A stretch of DNA of 64,000 nt, taken from IMG/VR virus record IMGVR_UViG_3300035510_000283, positions 2,544 to 66,543 of that record. One strand, given 5' to 3'. The notes under the pieces were generated by a model, which was not told the origin of the DNA, made no database searches, and worked only from the letters and a program-made list of their open reading frames with translations. Shown in pieces: positions 18,564 to 26,268 of the stretch. Each line of letters starts with the position of its first letter. The stretch's first letter is position 1. Source of the DNA: a virus. Taxonomy: Duplodnaviria; Caudoviricetes. The translations under genes were made by a program, and so were the position numbers.

Positions 18564-19097
18564 TTAGAATGGTTGGAACGGACGCGTTAACGCTCCGGTG
18601 CGCATGTTCTTGACGCTGTCAATCTCTGCTTTGGCTTCCTGAGCTTTCTGTATCCAACGCTGTGAAGCTTGCTCGTTGGTGATTGAAAGCCAATCTGCGA
18701 GTACATTGTACACCATAAATTCATGTATGAGCTTACTGAGCAGATGTACTGATGTGCGCGAGAATGTTGATGGAACTGTTATTTCAACGATGTAGACCTC
18801 CGGCTCAAAAATGCTGTCCTCCACGGCTTCCTCTATCGCTTCGGCTTTGGTGAATGGATAAAGCATTTCTATTACTGCGGCATGCACAACGGCAAGAGTG
18901 CGAGTCACGCGATCACGATTGCCGTCGGCAAGGATGTCTTTGACCATGTGACGATTGTGCTCGGCCTCGTCGGGCATTATGTGTCCTTCGATGTAGGCAT
19001 AGTTTTCTATGCTGTAATCAAGGTTCTTGCGTCTGAATTTCAGAGTCACAGTGCGCGTCTGTGCGCGATTGCCAATGTTTGTGCAGCAGTTGTACAT
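18564..19097 (-). CDS. Putative head-tail adaptor paralog 3
   Basis: Shares the HEFMV..LADWLSITN..A motif with the two upstream genes. Confidence 0.55.
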   Translation of the reverse strand: MYNCCTNIGNRAQTRTVTLKFRRKNLDYSIENYAYIEGHIMPDEAEHNRHMVKDILADGNRDRVTRTLAVVHAAVIEMLYPFTKAEAIEEAVEDSIFEPEVYIVEITVPSTFSRTSVHLLSKLIHEFMVYNVLADWLSITNEQASQRWIQKAQEAKAEIDSVKNMRTGALTRPFQPF

Positions 19098-19125
19098 AAG
19101 TCTTTATGGTTGATGGGTAAGCAGA

Positions 19126-19653
19126 TTATTCTTTAACGTCGTCAAAGGTGGGGCGAGTGGGGCGGCTACGTTTGTACAGAGCACGTTTCACGTTCTCAAG
19201 TGAGATAGCGGCGTGTGCTGTGTAGTCTTGAGCGTCTGCCTTGTTGGTGATTGTAAACCACTCGGCGAGGGTGAGGTCAACGAGGTAGCTGTGCATACCC
19301 TTGCCTAAGCCAGATGCACTTGCGCTGTTGTAATTGCTGGGGAGTTTGAATGACAAAGTTAGTGCTCCGTCGTTGTCAATCTCCTTGTCAATTAAGTTGT
19401 CGGAAGTGGTGTTGCTTTCGTCAAGGTACTCGCCAAGTATAGTCTTCATCGCTGCAAAGTTGCTGGCGAGGCTGCGACGCAGTTGATAGCTGTTGTCCTC
19501 GTCCTCACTGGCTTGCATGTTCGATGCTGACTCGTAGTTCTTAGAGCCTTCTGCCTCTCGTGCTTGACCTGTAAGATAGGCTTTGTTGCGGATGTCGTGC
19601 ATCATCTCCTTGACTTGCAGGTCAACTTTTAGTGTGACTTTATTTTCTGCCAT
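19126..19653 (-). CDS. Putative head-tail adaptor paralog 2
   Basis: HSYLVDLTLAEWFTITNK motif. Confidence 0.55.
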   Translation of the reverse strand: MAENKVTLKVDLQVKEMMHDIRNKAYLTGQAREAEGSKNYESASNMQASEDEDNSYQLRRSLASNFAAMKTILGEYLDESNTTSDNLIDKEIDNDGALTLSFKLPSNYNSASASGLGKGMHSYLVDLTLAEWFTITNKADAQDYTAHAAISLENVKRALYKRSRPTRPTFDDVKE

Positions 19654-19664
19654 GACTTAAATTT

Positions 19665-20186
19665 TTAATTGTTGTTCGTCGTTTGTTCTGCACCGGTTGT
19701 GGTAGCAGTAGTATATGAGGGGCGTTGTGGTTTTTTCTTAAAGCACGCTTTACGATGAAAGCCTTCAAGTAATCCTGCTGCGGCGGTAGCATATTCCGAA
19801 GACTCCTTCTTGTTGGTAAAGCCATACCACTTAGCCGTGATGTTCATTACAAAGAATGAGAATAACTCTTTCTGCATACTCGGCAAAAGCTTCGTGTCAA
19901 ATGATGATGAGAACTCAAAAGTAAATGAATAGCCAACGTATGTCTTTGTGTCGCCGCTGACGGTGTAAGCGTCTCCTTCGTCGCTGAGAAAGCGGCGCAT
20001 TACTTCGCTGACCGAAACGCACGTCTCGTTCCAAAAGCGCTCCAGTTGGCTTTGGTCTTCGTCGGTTGTTGATATGCGGTCAAATGCAGTGGCGTCATCG
20101 TCCATCTTGGCGCCTGTATACGATGAGGTCTGCGCGACTTCGGTGTAGACCTCTTGCTTGTTTATAATGAATTCTGAACTTACCAT
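19665..20186 (-). CDS. Putative head-tail adaptor paralog 1
   Basis: FSFFVMNITAKWYGFTNK motif. Confidence 0.55.
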   Translation of the reverse strand: MVSSEFIINKQEVYTEVAQTSSYTGAKMDDDATAFDRISTTDEDQSQLERFWNETCVSVSEVMRRFLSDEGDAYTVSGDTKTYVGYSFTFEFSSSFDTKLLPSMQKELFSFFVMNITAKWYGFTNKKESSEYATAAAGLLEGFHRKACFKKKPQRPSYTTATTTGAEQTTNNN

Positions 20187-20725
20187 GTAAATATCGAATA
20201 ACTAATGCCTATGCCGATGTATGGTTGTGCTCCCTTGGGCGTGTAGCCATAACCCGCACTAATGCCTACACCCCAGTGTCGGGTACGCGGCACATACTTC
20301 TCTATAGTAACTATGCTATGGCTGTTGTAAACTTCTATGCTGTCAAGCTTGGCGTCATATCCGCTTACCCACGCTCTATATGTGCTGTCTCTATATTCGC
20401 GTTGTGTTATTGGTATCTCTACATCAACGCTGTCTTTATTACTGACAGCACCGTCAATAATGAGGCTGTCTTTGGGAATGTGCTCCGGCGCATTACTAAC
20501 GCTTGTCGTTGTCAGTGGCAGACGGACGGTGCGGTAGCACAATACAATGCTGTCACGTAGCTGAGGAACGTCGTATTTCACCGTGTCAACATATACCACA
20601 GTGTCAATCTGCGTTTGCTCTCCGTTGATGATGTCTGTATCTGCCCGTGTGCACTCTTGCATTGCGCCGATGCTCATCAGTGCTCCTGCTGCAAACAACA
20701 ATACGTATGTCAACCATTTTTTCAT
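20180..20725 (-). CDS. Spanin-like membrane-anchored lysis protein
   Basis: N-terminal TM helix and C-terminal WGVGISAGYGY..PYIGIGISY beta-hairpin; follows the endolysin. Confidence 0.55.
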   Translation of the reverse strand: MKKWLTYVLLFAAGALMSIGAMQECTRADTDIINGEQTQIDTVVYVDTVKYDVPQLRDSIVLCYRTVRLPLTTTSVSNAPEHIPKDSLIIDGAVSNKDSVDVEIPITQREYRDSTYRAWVSGYDAKLDSIEVYNSHSIVTIEKYVPRTRHWGVGISAGYGYTPKGAQPYIGIGISYSIFTW

Positions 20726-21372
20726 TTTTGAGAGTTGATATATTTTACAATACCTTGCACATGCAAGTCAACAATGGCTTTGCGCCCTGCTTCTGAGAGC
20801 AAGTAGTCGACGTCTGCATGTGTGTCTTGGAATAGGTTCTCTGTTAGGCATGCTGCACAGCGTGTCTTGGTGAGCATGTAAAATTTTGCTTCGTAGTCGC
20901 GGTCTCCGTCGCTCTTGTCTGTGCGGATAGGCTTCTGAGCAGATGTGTATTTGCCGGCTGCTTTCTGCGCTTCAAAATCGGTGATGTAGTCTTTGAGCGC
21001 AACTTCTGCTGCGTCATACAGGCACTCTGCAAGGTCGTCTCCGCGTGTTTTCCCCGGAGATGTCCACCCGCTCCAACCTCCGGCAAACATCCATTTGTCA
21101 CCGTTGCCTGCTGCGTTGCAGTGTATTGACACCAGGCACACGTTCTTCGCTCCGTATGTTGTGCAAACGGCGTTTACACGTCCGGCACGTTTTACTAGTG
21201 AGATGTCTGTTTCTTCGGGCACTATGCGTCGTGCATCGTAGCCAAGCGCTGTTAGTTGTGCAACCACTTCGATTGCAATTTCGCGTGCATATTTATATTC
21301 GCGCAGTGTCCCGTCGGGGCTGCGTTTGCCGGCTGTATCTTCACCGTGGCCGTTGTCTATAAGTATTACCAT
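20722..21372 (-). CDS. Endolysin, N-acetylmuramoyl-L-alanine amidase (Amidase_3)
   Basis: ILIDNGHG..GKRSPDG.LREY..VSIHCNAAG..CLTENLFQD Zn-amidase motifs. Confidence 0.92.
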   Translation of the reverse strand: MVILIDNGHGEDTAGKRSPDGTLREYKYAREIAIEVVAQLTALGYDARRIVPEETDISLVKRAGRVNAVCTTYGAKNVCLVSIHCNAAGNGDKWMFAGGWSGWTSPGKTRGDDLAECLYDAAEVALKDYITDFEAQKAAGKYTSAQKPIRTDKSDGDRDYEAKFYMLTKTRCAACLTENLFQDTHADVDYLLSEAGRKAIVDLHVQGIVKYINSQK

Positions 21373-21374
21373 TT

Positions 21375-21923
21375 CTATTTACTTGTTGTTTCTTTCATCG
21401 TTTCTTTCATCGTTTCTTTCACCGGTTCTTTCGTCTGTTCTTTCACCGTTTCATTCAAGTCGGATAGGTCAATGTCAAAGTGCCGCGCTGTTTTATCAAC
21501 AAGGATGCGGCGTATGATACTAGCCCACTTAGCACCGTTGCAAGAACTTTCGTTTTCGAGTATGCTCCAGAGCTGCCAAAAGCAAATTGCTCCGGCGGCA
21601 ACTTTCGTCAGATCTACGGGCAGTCCGTCAGTGATATGTCGCTGTATCAGGAAGGCGAGAATAATCATCACCCACGCCTTGAGCACTGTCACTATCACTG
21701 TGCCAAAGTGGCGGCTGTTAAACTTTGCTCCGTCTTCACTCACCTTGTCGGGGTAAGTCTTGCGTGCTCGTCTTGATAGTGACCATGCCGTGTAACAATC
21801 GGCAAATATCATCAACGTGCAAATCAGTATGTACGGATATGCCGGCTTAATTACTGCCAGCACTGCCCCGACAGCTGTGAACAGCCATCGCAAGATTTCT
21901 GATAAAAGGTTGTTCGTGTTCAT
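21375..21923 (-). CDS. Holin
   Basis: Three hydrophobic segments and a WQLWSILENES motif, directly upstream of the endolysin; repetitive KExx C-terminal tail. Confidence 0.75.
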   Translation of the reverse strand: MNTNNLLSEILRWLFTAVGAVLAVIKPAYPYILICTLMIFADCYTAWSLSRRARKTYPDKVSEDGAKFNSRHFGTVIVTVLKAWVMIILAFLIQRHITDGLPVDLTKVAAGAICFWQLWSILENESSCNGAKWASIIRRILVDKTARHFDIDLSDLNETVKEQTKEPVKETMKETMKETTSK

Positions 21924-22029
21924 TATTCCTGGTGATAATAATTTTATCTTACAAAGATAAACATACGTTTGCCGATGTCGTGTTTATCTTTTGACAGACA
22001 AACGTCTTTCTTGGTATTATAGCGCAAGA

Positions 22030-22073
22030 GAGTGGGCGCGTGGTGTCTTTTGCTTGACTTCACGCGCCCACTC
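22030..22073. terminator. 13-bp GC-rich inverted repeat downstream of the RT operon
   Basis: GAGTGGGCGCGTG / CACGCGCCCACTC. Confidence 0.6.
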
Positions 22074-22109
22074 CCAACAGAATAGTAGGCATGTCGTTAT
22101 TGTATCTTC

Positions 22110-22526
22110 TTACACTCCCAATTTAGCGACGACTTTGCGGGCGATGTCTTTGGCTTTTTTGCGCCAAGATTGGAAAGCCACATACTCCGCGATATATTCG
22201 GCACGTTTGTCCTCGTCAATGTCAGCGTCGGTGTCCTTTGCCTCGTTGTAGTTCGCTGTGAGAGCTTGCGCATCGTCAGCATTGTAGCGGTCATTGACAA
22301 TCGCCGACACAATAGAGGCGTAGGTGTTCGCACCTTTCACGCGCACAAGCTCGCACGAATAGCGCAGTGTCGGCTCGGTCGCTTCTTCTGCGTCAGTGTC
22401 GGGGTTTTCGTCGCTGACTTCTTCGGTGTCAAAGTCAAAGTACACGTTAAGCGTGTCGGTAAAGCGAGACAGCATAATGCCGTCGTCGTCGGGGGAGTAA
22501 GCTCCTTTGTCAAAATACGTTTTCAT
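22110..22526 (-). CDS. Hypothetical protein downstream of the RT ORFs
   Basis: 138-aa ORF starting 20 nt after the RT part 3 stop. Confidence 0.7.
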   Translation of the reverse strand: MKTYFDKGAYSPDDDGIMLSRFTDTLNVYFDFDTEEVSDENPDTDAEEATEPTLRYSCELVRVKGANTYASIVSAIVNDRYNADDAQALTANYNEAKDTDADIDEDKRAEYIAEYVAFQSWRKKAKDIARKVVAKLGV

Positions 22527-22546
22527 AAGACTATATTTGTTGAGAT

Positions 22547-23092
22547 TTATTCAAAGTAAAAATCATGCTTGCCGTTGCCAATATCCTGCTGACGAATGAT
22601 TGTCTCAATGGGGAAGATACCCGGTTGAGTTTTGGATAGCTTGCGAGCGTCGTCAAGTTGATTTTTCAACGAATAGGAATTAGTCACGAATTTGTAGCTA
22701 TTGTCGTTCAAACGAAAATGAACAACGTAGCGGCCATCGCCGTGAGCAGTTTTTATATTCGTCTCAAAATCAACTACAAATATAGTTAAATTTACAATTT
22801 CAAACAATCTTTTTACGGGAAAATCAAAGATTTTCTTTCCGTCTTTCGTCGTGGTGCGTTTCTTTATGCCGTATGTTGAAAATGACATATCTGTGATAGT
22901 AGTGAATAAGGTTGCACAGTTTGCCCACTTGCACCAGCCATAATAGCTGTCGTTGACTTCCTTCTTACGTTTTTCTGTCTTAGCTGATTTGTGCTTGCGG
23001 GCAAATGATTGTTTAATTCGCTTTCTTAGTTTAGTATATCTTGGCTGAAAGCAATAACCAAGAAAATCTATATGGTTAGCGCATTTTGGCAT
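22547..23092 (-). CDS. DGR reverse transcriptase part 3 (motif 7, thumb and a ~110-aa C-terminal extension)
   Basis: IDFLGY motif, then KLRKRIK..SYYGWCKWAN thumb-like region. Confidence 0.8.
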   Translation of the reverse strand: MPKCANHIDFLGYCFQPRYTKLRKRIKQSFARKHKSAKTEKRKKEVNDSYYGWCKWANCATLFTTITDMSFSTYGIKKRTTTKDGKKIFDFPVKRLFEIVNLTIFVVDFETNIKTAHGDGRYVVHFRLNDNSYKFVTNSYSLKNQLDDARKLSKTQPGIFPIETIIRQQDIGNGKHDFYFE

Positions 23093-23402
23093 GGCTGCGG
23101 CGGCGTTTGCGATGCGGTCGGTAGCGTTGAGCTGTGCTACCTATCGGAGCTAAAACAAGGCTATGTTTCACCGTGACACCGGCTCTCTCGCAGAGCATGA
23201 CAAATTCTGCGGCTTGACGGCGAGCCTCGGCTTTGCTCTTGGCTAGACCTACGCAGTCGTCGGCATAGCGAAAGTAGGGATGCACCGCTACGATGTGCTT
23301 CATTGCATGGTCAATACTCGCCACTGCATAGTTGCCGAAAAGCTGACTTGTGAAGCCGCCGATTGATAAACCGTGTCCGCTCTCGTTCATGTTCGATTTC
23401 AT
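23076..23402 (-). CDS. DGR reverse transcriptase part 2 (motifs 4-6, catalytic YADD)
   Basis: GLSIGGFTSQLFGN (DGR-type SQ motif) and YFRYADD at 23256-23267. Confidence 0.85.
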   Translation of the reverse strand: MKSNMNESGHGLSIGGFTSQLFGNYAVASIDHAMKHIVAVHPYFRYADDCVGLAKSKAEARRQAAEFVMLCERAGVTVKHSLVLAPIGSTAQRYRPHRKRRRSHAKMR

Positions 23403-24075
23403 CTAACGTTTGTTTGTCGGTGTGATAAAACAATGCCGTTTTCTCTATTAGCTCAATGAATTGTTCATCTTTGAACTTGTTGCGCAGTTGGTTGAGTATA
23501 AGCTCGTGAGGGATGCTCTGATAAAACTTCTTGCAGTCTGATTGCCACCGCCAAGTGTATTGCGGTTGCAGTCGCAATGTCTTTTTGAAACGCTGTGCGC
23601 CAAAGTGCAAACCTTTGCCTTTGATGCACGAAAATGTCATATAGATTAGTGACTTGCAGATTATCGGGGCGATTACTTGCACTACGGCGTGGTCGATGAT
23701 GTGCCACGGTGCAAACGGCTTTATTACTATTCTGCGCACTTTGCCCGCGTCTGATTTTCTATCATCTTCGATGTAGTCAACCTCGGGCAGATTGCCGGTA
23801 AGCAGCATGAGCTGTAATGCTCTAAGATTATTGGTTAAGTTATTTCCATATTTCTTTATTAATTTATTCTTTGACTTCTTTTTCTTGGCTTCGTGGAACG
23901 CTTCGCGCAGATTATCCATTGCGCAGATGCGCTCCATGATGTGGCCTTCACGTTTTGGTCGGCGGTTGCCGTTTGCTATAATATTCTTCTCGTAACTTAG
24001 GATGCGGCTAGCGAGCAAATTGTCTATCTGCTCGCCGCTCATGTCGCTGTAATCATAGGTGTCTAGGCGTTGCAT
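23311..24075 (-). CDS. DGR reverse transcriptase part 1 (motifs 1-3)
   Basis: NLREAFHEAKK, KVRRI..IIDHAVVQ..SCIKGKGLH and SDCKKFYQSIPH (first catalytic Asp). Confidence 0.85.
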   Translation of the reverse strand: MQRLDTYDYSDMSGEQIDNLLASRILSYEKNIIANGNRRPKREGHIMERICAMDNLREAFHEAKKKKSKNKLIKKYGNNLTNNLRALQLMLLTGNLPEVDYIEDDRKSDAGKVRRIVIKPFAPWHIIDHAVVQVIAPIICKSLIYMTFSCIKGKGLHFGAQRFKKTLRLQPQYTWRWQSDCKKFYQSIPHELILNQLRNKFKDEQFIELIEKTALFYHTDKQTLDEIEHERERTRFINRRLHKSAFRQLCSGEY

Positions 24076-24499
24076 CTTCTAGCTAAGAGAGTTAAGGGTT
24101 GACGATTTTTAGGATTTCTGAAGGGCAGGTATTTAGGGATAGAAGATTATGCTTTGTGTGTGGTGGTTGAGATTGTTGTGACTATCTATTTTTCGACTGA
24201 ACGTTGTTTTTGTTTTTTTTTGTGCTACGCCAATGCTTCTCTATTTCAGCTTTCCGATATATATATGCTTGCTAAAGCTGAACGCCTCAAACTTTCGAGA
24301 GTTAACCTACTCGCATGACTTCCGACACTCTGCTGCTGCAAGCTGTTTTTGAGTGCCTTTTTCGCAATTATTTTTCGACTTCGCTTTCTTGCTCGTTGCG
24401 GAGCTTTTGAGCTACGCTGCGTAGTTGATTATAGGCGCAGGGTCGGGGTGCAGGGAGTTTGTTTATCGTAATGCCTTGCGGCATACGTTTCTTTAGATT

Positions 24500-24608
24500 G
24501 GCGCGAGCCATAGTTCGAGTTCGAGTTCGTCCAAGCGTTATTCGAGTTCGTCGCGACGAGACCGCAATTCGAGCCGTTGTTCGAGTTGCCGCCGAACAAG
24601 ACGAGGCT
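24500..24608 (-). ncRNA. DGR template repeat (TR)
   Basis: Rich in AAC/AAT codons (23 adenines in the 103-nt core); matches two VRs except at adenines; upstream of the RT. Confidence 0.93.
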
Positions 24609-24805
24609 CACTCCCTTCTACCCACCGCTATCGGCTGTCGCTTTTACGAAAAATCGCTTCGCTTTACGCTCTACGCTTTTCGGATAGCGGGTTTGGATAT
24701 TCAGTTTCAATAAATTGTCACCATATTTTTCTCACCTTAATACTTCAACCTTCGTTTTTTTGTTGTTTGTTTTTTTGAGGGTTAATATTTTGGTTTTTTT
24801 TAAAA

Positions 24806-24853
24806 GTGACGTGAAAGTCGTTGTTGCGCCTCTGCGCTTGACTTTCACATCAC
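24806..24853. repeat. 14-bp inverted repeat (1 mismatch) upstream of TR
   Basis: GTGACGTGAAAGTC / GACTTTCACATCAC with a 20-nt spacer. Confidence 0.6.
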
Positions 24854-24913
24854 GAAATTAATAAAATTGTTTCATTTGTGCAACTTTTTCGTAATAAAAA
24901 TGTTACGAAAATT

Positions 24914-24937
24914 TGGGGCGGCTACGCTCCCGCCCCA
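24914..24937 (-). other. GC-rich hairpin downstream of VR1 and the target gene (candidate DGR retrohoming hairpin or terminator)
   Basis: TGGGGCGG / CCGCCCCA 8-bp stem with an 8-nt loop. Confidence 0.55.
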
Positions 24938-24978
24938 CGAAAATAACGTTATTGCGCTAATTACGAGAATGTTACGCT

Positions 24979-26256
24979 TTAGGCTATATCCTTGCCATTA
25001 ACAAAGTTTAACGTGCCATAATATGCAAGGCGCGAGCCATAGTACGAGTTCGAGTACGGCCAAGCGCCAATCGAGAGCGTCGCGACGAGACCGCAACCCG
25101 AGCCGCGGGACGAGTAGCCGCCGAACAAGACGACATTGCCACCATCGGTATTAGCACTCCAGCAAGCGTCACACCACGGCGTGGATGCGCTGCCACCGCT
25201 AGCGGTCTTAGGTGCAACGTCAAAGTATTCGCCCAAATGCAGCTCTGTGATATAACTAGACGACCATGTAGTTGCGCGTGATAGGGCACGATAGTCACCC
25301 GTGGGGCCGTTAGTGCGTTCATCAGAACTAAGCAAGCGGTTGCCCGTGTAGATGTAAAAATAGCTGCCAATACCATAAATACCTTGCGCAAATTCCCACT
25401 GCAAGCCATAGGGGTCTTCGATGCCGCCCATTGACACGCGGCATGAATTGGTTGTTGCGTCGGTTATATCAATCTTGCCCCATGCGTCGCCGAGTTCTGC
25501 CGTTGCGCCATTATACCATTCGCTAGTGTTAATAGATATTCCGCTATTGCCCGTTACACCACGTCCAAGACATGACTGTATATCGGGGTTGCCATACTCG
25601 CTAAGTCCGAGCATGACGATTAGCTGTTGAAATGCGTAGTCGCGTAAGCCAAAATCTTTGCCGTTTACTCGAGCGTAATTCCAAAATTGCTCGAGTGTTT
25701 TAGAATGTGCGCGAAGGACACCGCTACGTGATGTCAATGCTCCGTCAGACGTAACCGAGGCTTTATATGCGCCATAGCAGTTGTGCAAGCCACCGTTGCA
25801 CGTGCCAATGTAATGACCGGATATTGGGAGTTGAGACATCCATAATATTGGTATTCCTGACTCGTTTTGCACCAAATAGTAAATTCGCGGCGCAATCCAC
25901 ATGATGTGCCCCTTGCTCTCGTCCAGCTCAGTGCCGTCGGCATACACCGTCGAATCCGTCTTTGACAACTTCGCAGCATCACCCGAGTTCGTCAACAAAT
26001 ATCGCCCCGAGTTCGATTTCCACTCCTCGTACATCAATGTATTGCCGATTACTCCCCACGATAACGTGTCGTAACCTTGCATCAACGGCACTCCCCACGC
26101 CACTTGCCGCAGGTAGTAACCATACTGATTTATCACTTTCGCGAGGTTGTCGAGGCTGATGCGCCGCAACGCCCCGTCTATCTCTATCAATACGCTGTTC
26201 GTCAACAACGCCGTACTAACACTCGTCAGCGTCGTTAGTTCTGTTGTATTTGCCAT
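24979..26256 (-). CDS. DGR target tail / receptor-binding protein (C-type lectin-like C-terminus)
   Basis: GGIEDPYGLQWEF and VVLFGG..GSRLAY flank VR1; last gene of the tail operon. Confidence 0.85.
   Translation of the reverse strand: MANTTELTTLTSVSTALLTNSVLIEIDGALRRISLDNLAKVINQYGYYLRQVAWGVPLMQGYDTLSWGVIGNTLMYEEWKSNSGRYLLTNSGDAAKLSKTDSTVYADGTELDESKGHIMWIAPRIYYLVQNESGIPILWMSQLPISGHYIGTCNGGLHNCYGAYKASVTSDGALTSRSGVLRAHSKTLEQFWNYARVNGKDFGLRDYAFQQLIVMLGLSEYGNPDIQSCLGRGVTGNSGISINTSEWYNGATAELGDAWGKIDITDATTNSCRVSMGGIEDPYGLQWEFAQGIYGIGSYFYIYTGNRLLSSDERTNGPTGDYRALSRATTWSSSYITELHLGEYFDVAPKTASGGSASTPWCDACWSANTDGGNVVLFGGYSSRGSGCGLVATLSIGAWPYSNSYYGSRLAYYGTLNFVNGKDIA
25029..25131 (-). repeat. DGR variable repeat VR1
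   Basis: Hand alignment to TR over 103 nt gives 15 mismatches, all at TR adenines. Confidence 0.95.
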
Positions 26257-26268
26257 AATCTGGTATGT

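Noticed and set aside
22547-24075. RT as a group II intron, retron or Abi RT
   Set aside because: The GxxxSQ motif, adjacent TR and two VRs with adenine-specific mismatches identify a DGR.
22547-24075. Stop-codon reassignment (alternative genetic code) explaining the split RT
   Set aside because: The breaks are frame changes, not in-frame stops, and other genes including the 18-kb ORF read cleanly in the standard code.
24500-24602. Periodic TCGAAC/GAGTTC units as a CRISPR array
   Set aside because: These are TCG-AAC codon repeats of TR, with no repeat-spacer structure and no cas genes.
24429-24611. 60-aa ORF over TR as a protein gene
   Set aside because: It is the Asn-rich reading of the template repeat, which has no stops because it mirrors the VR frame. 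TR acts as RNA.
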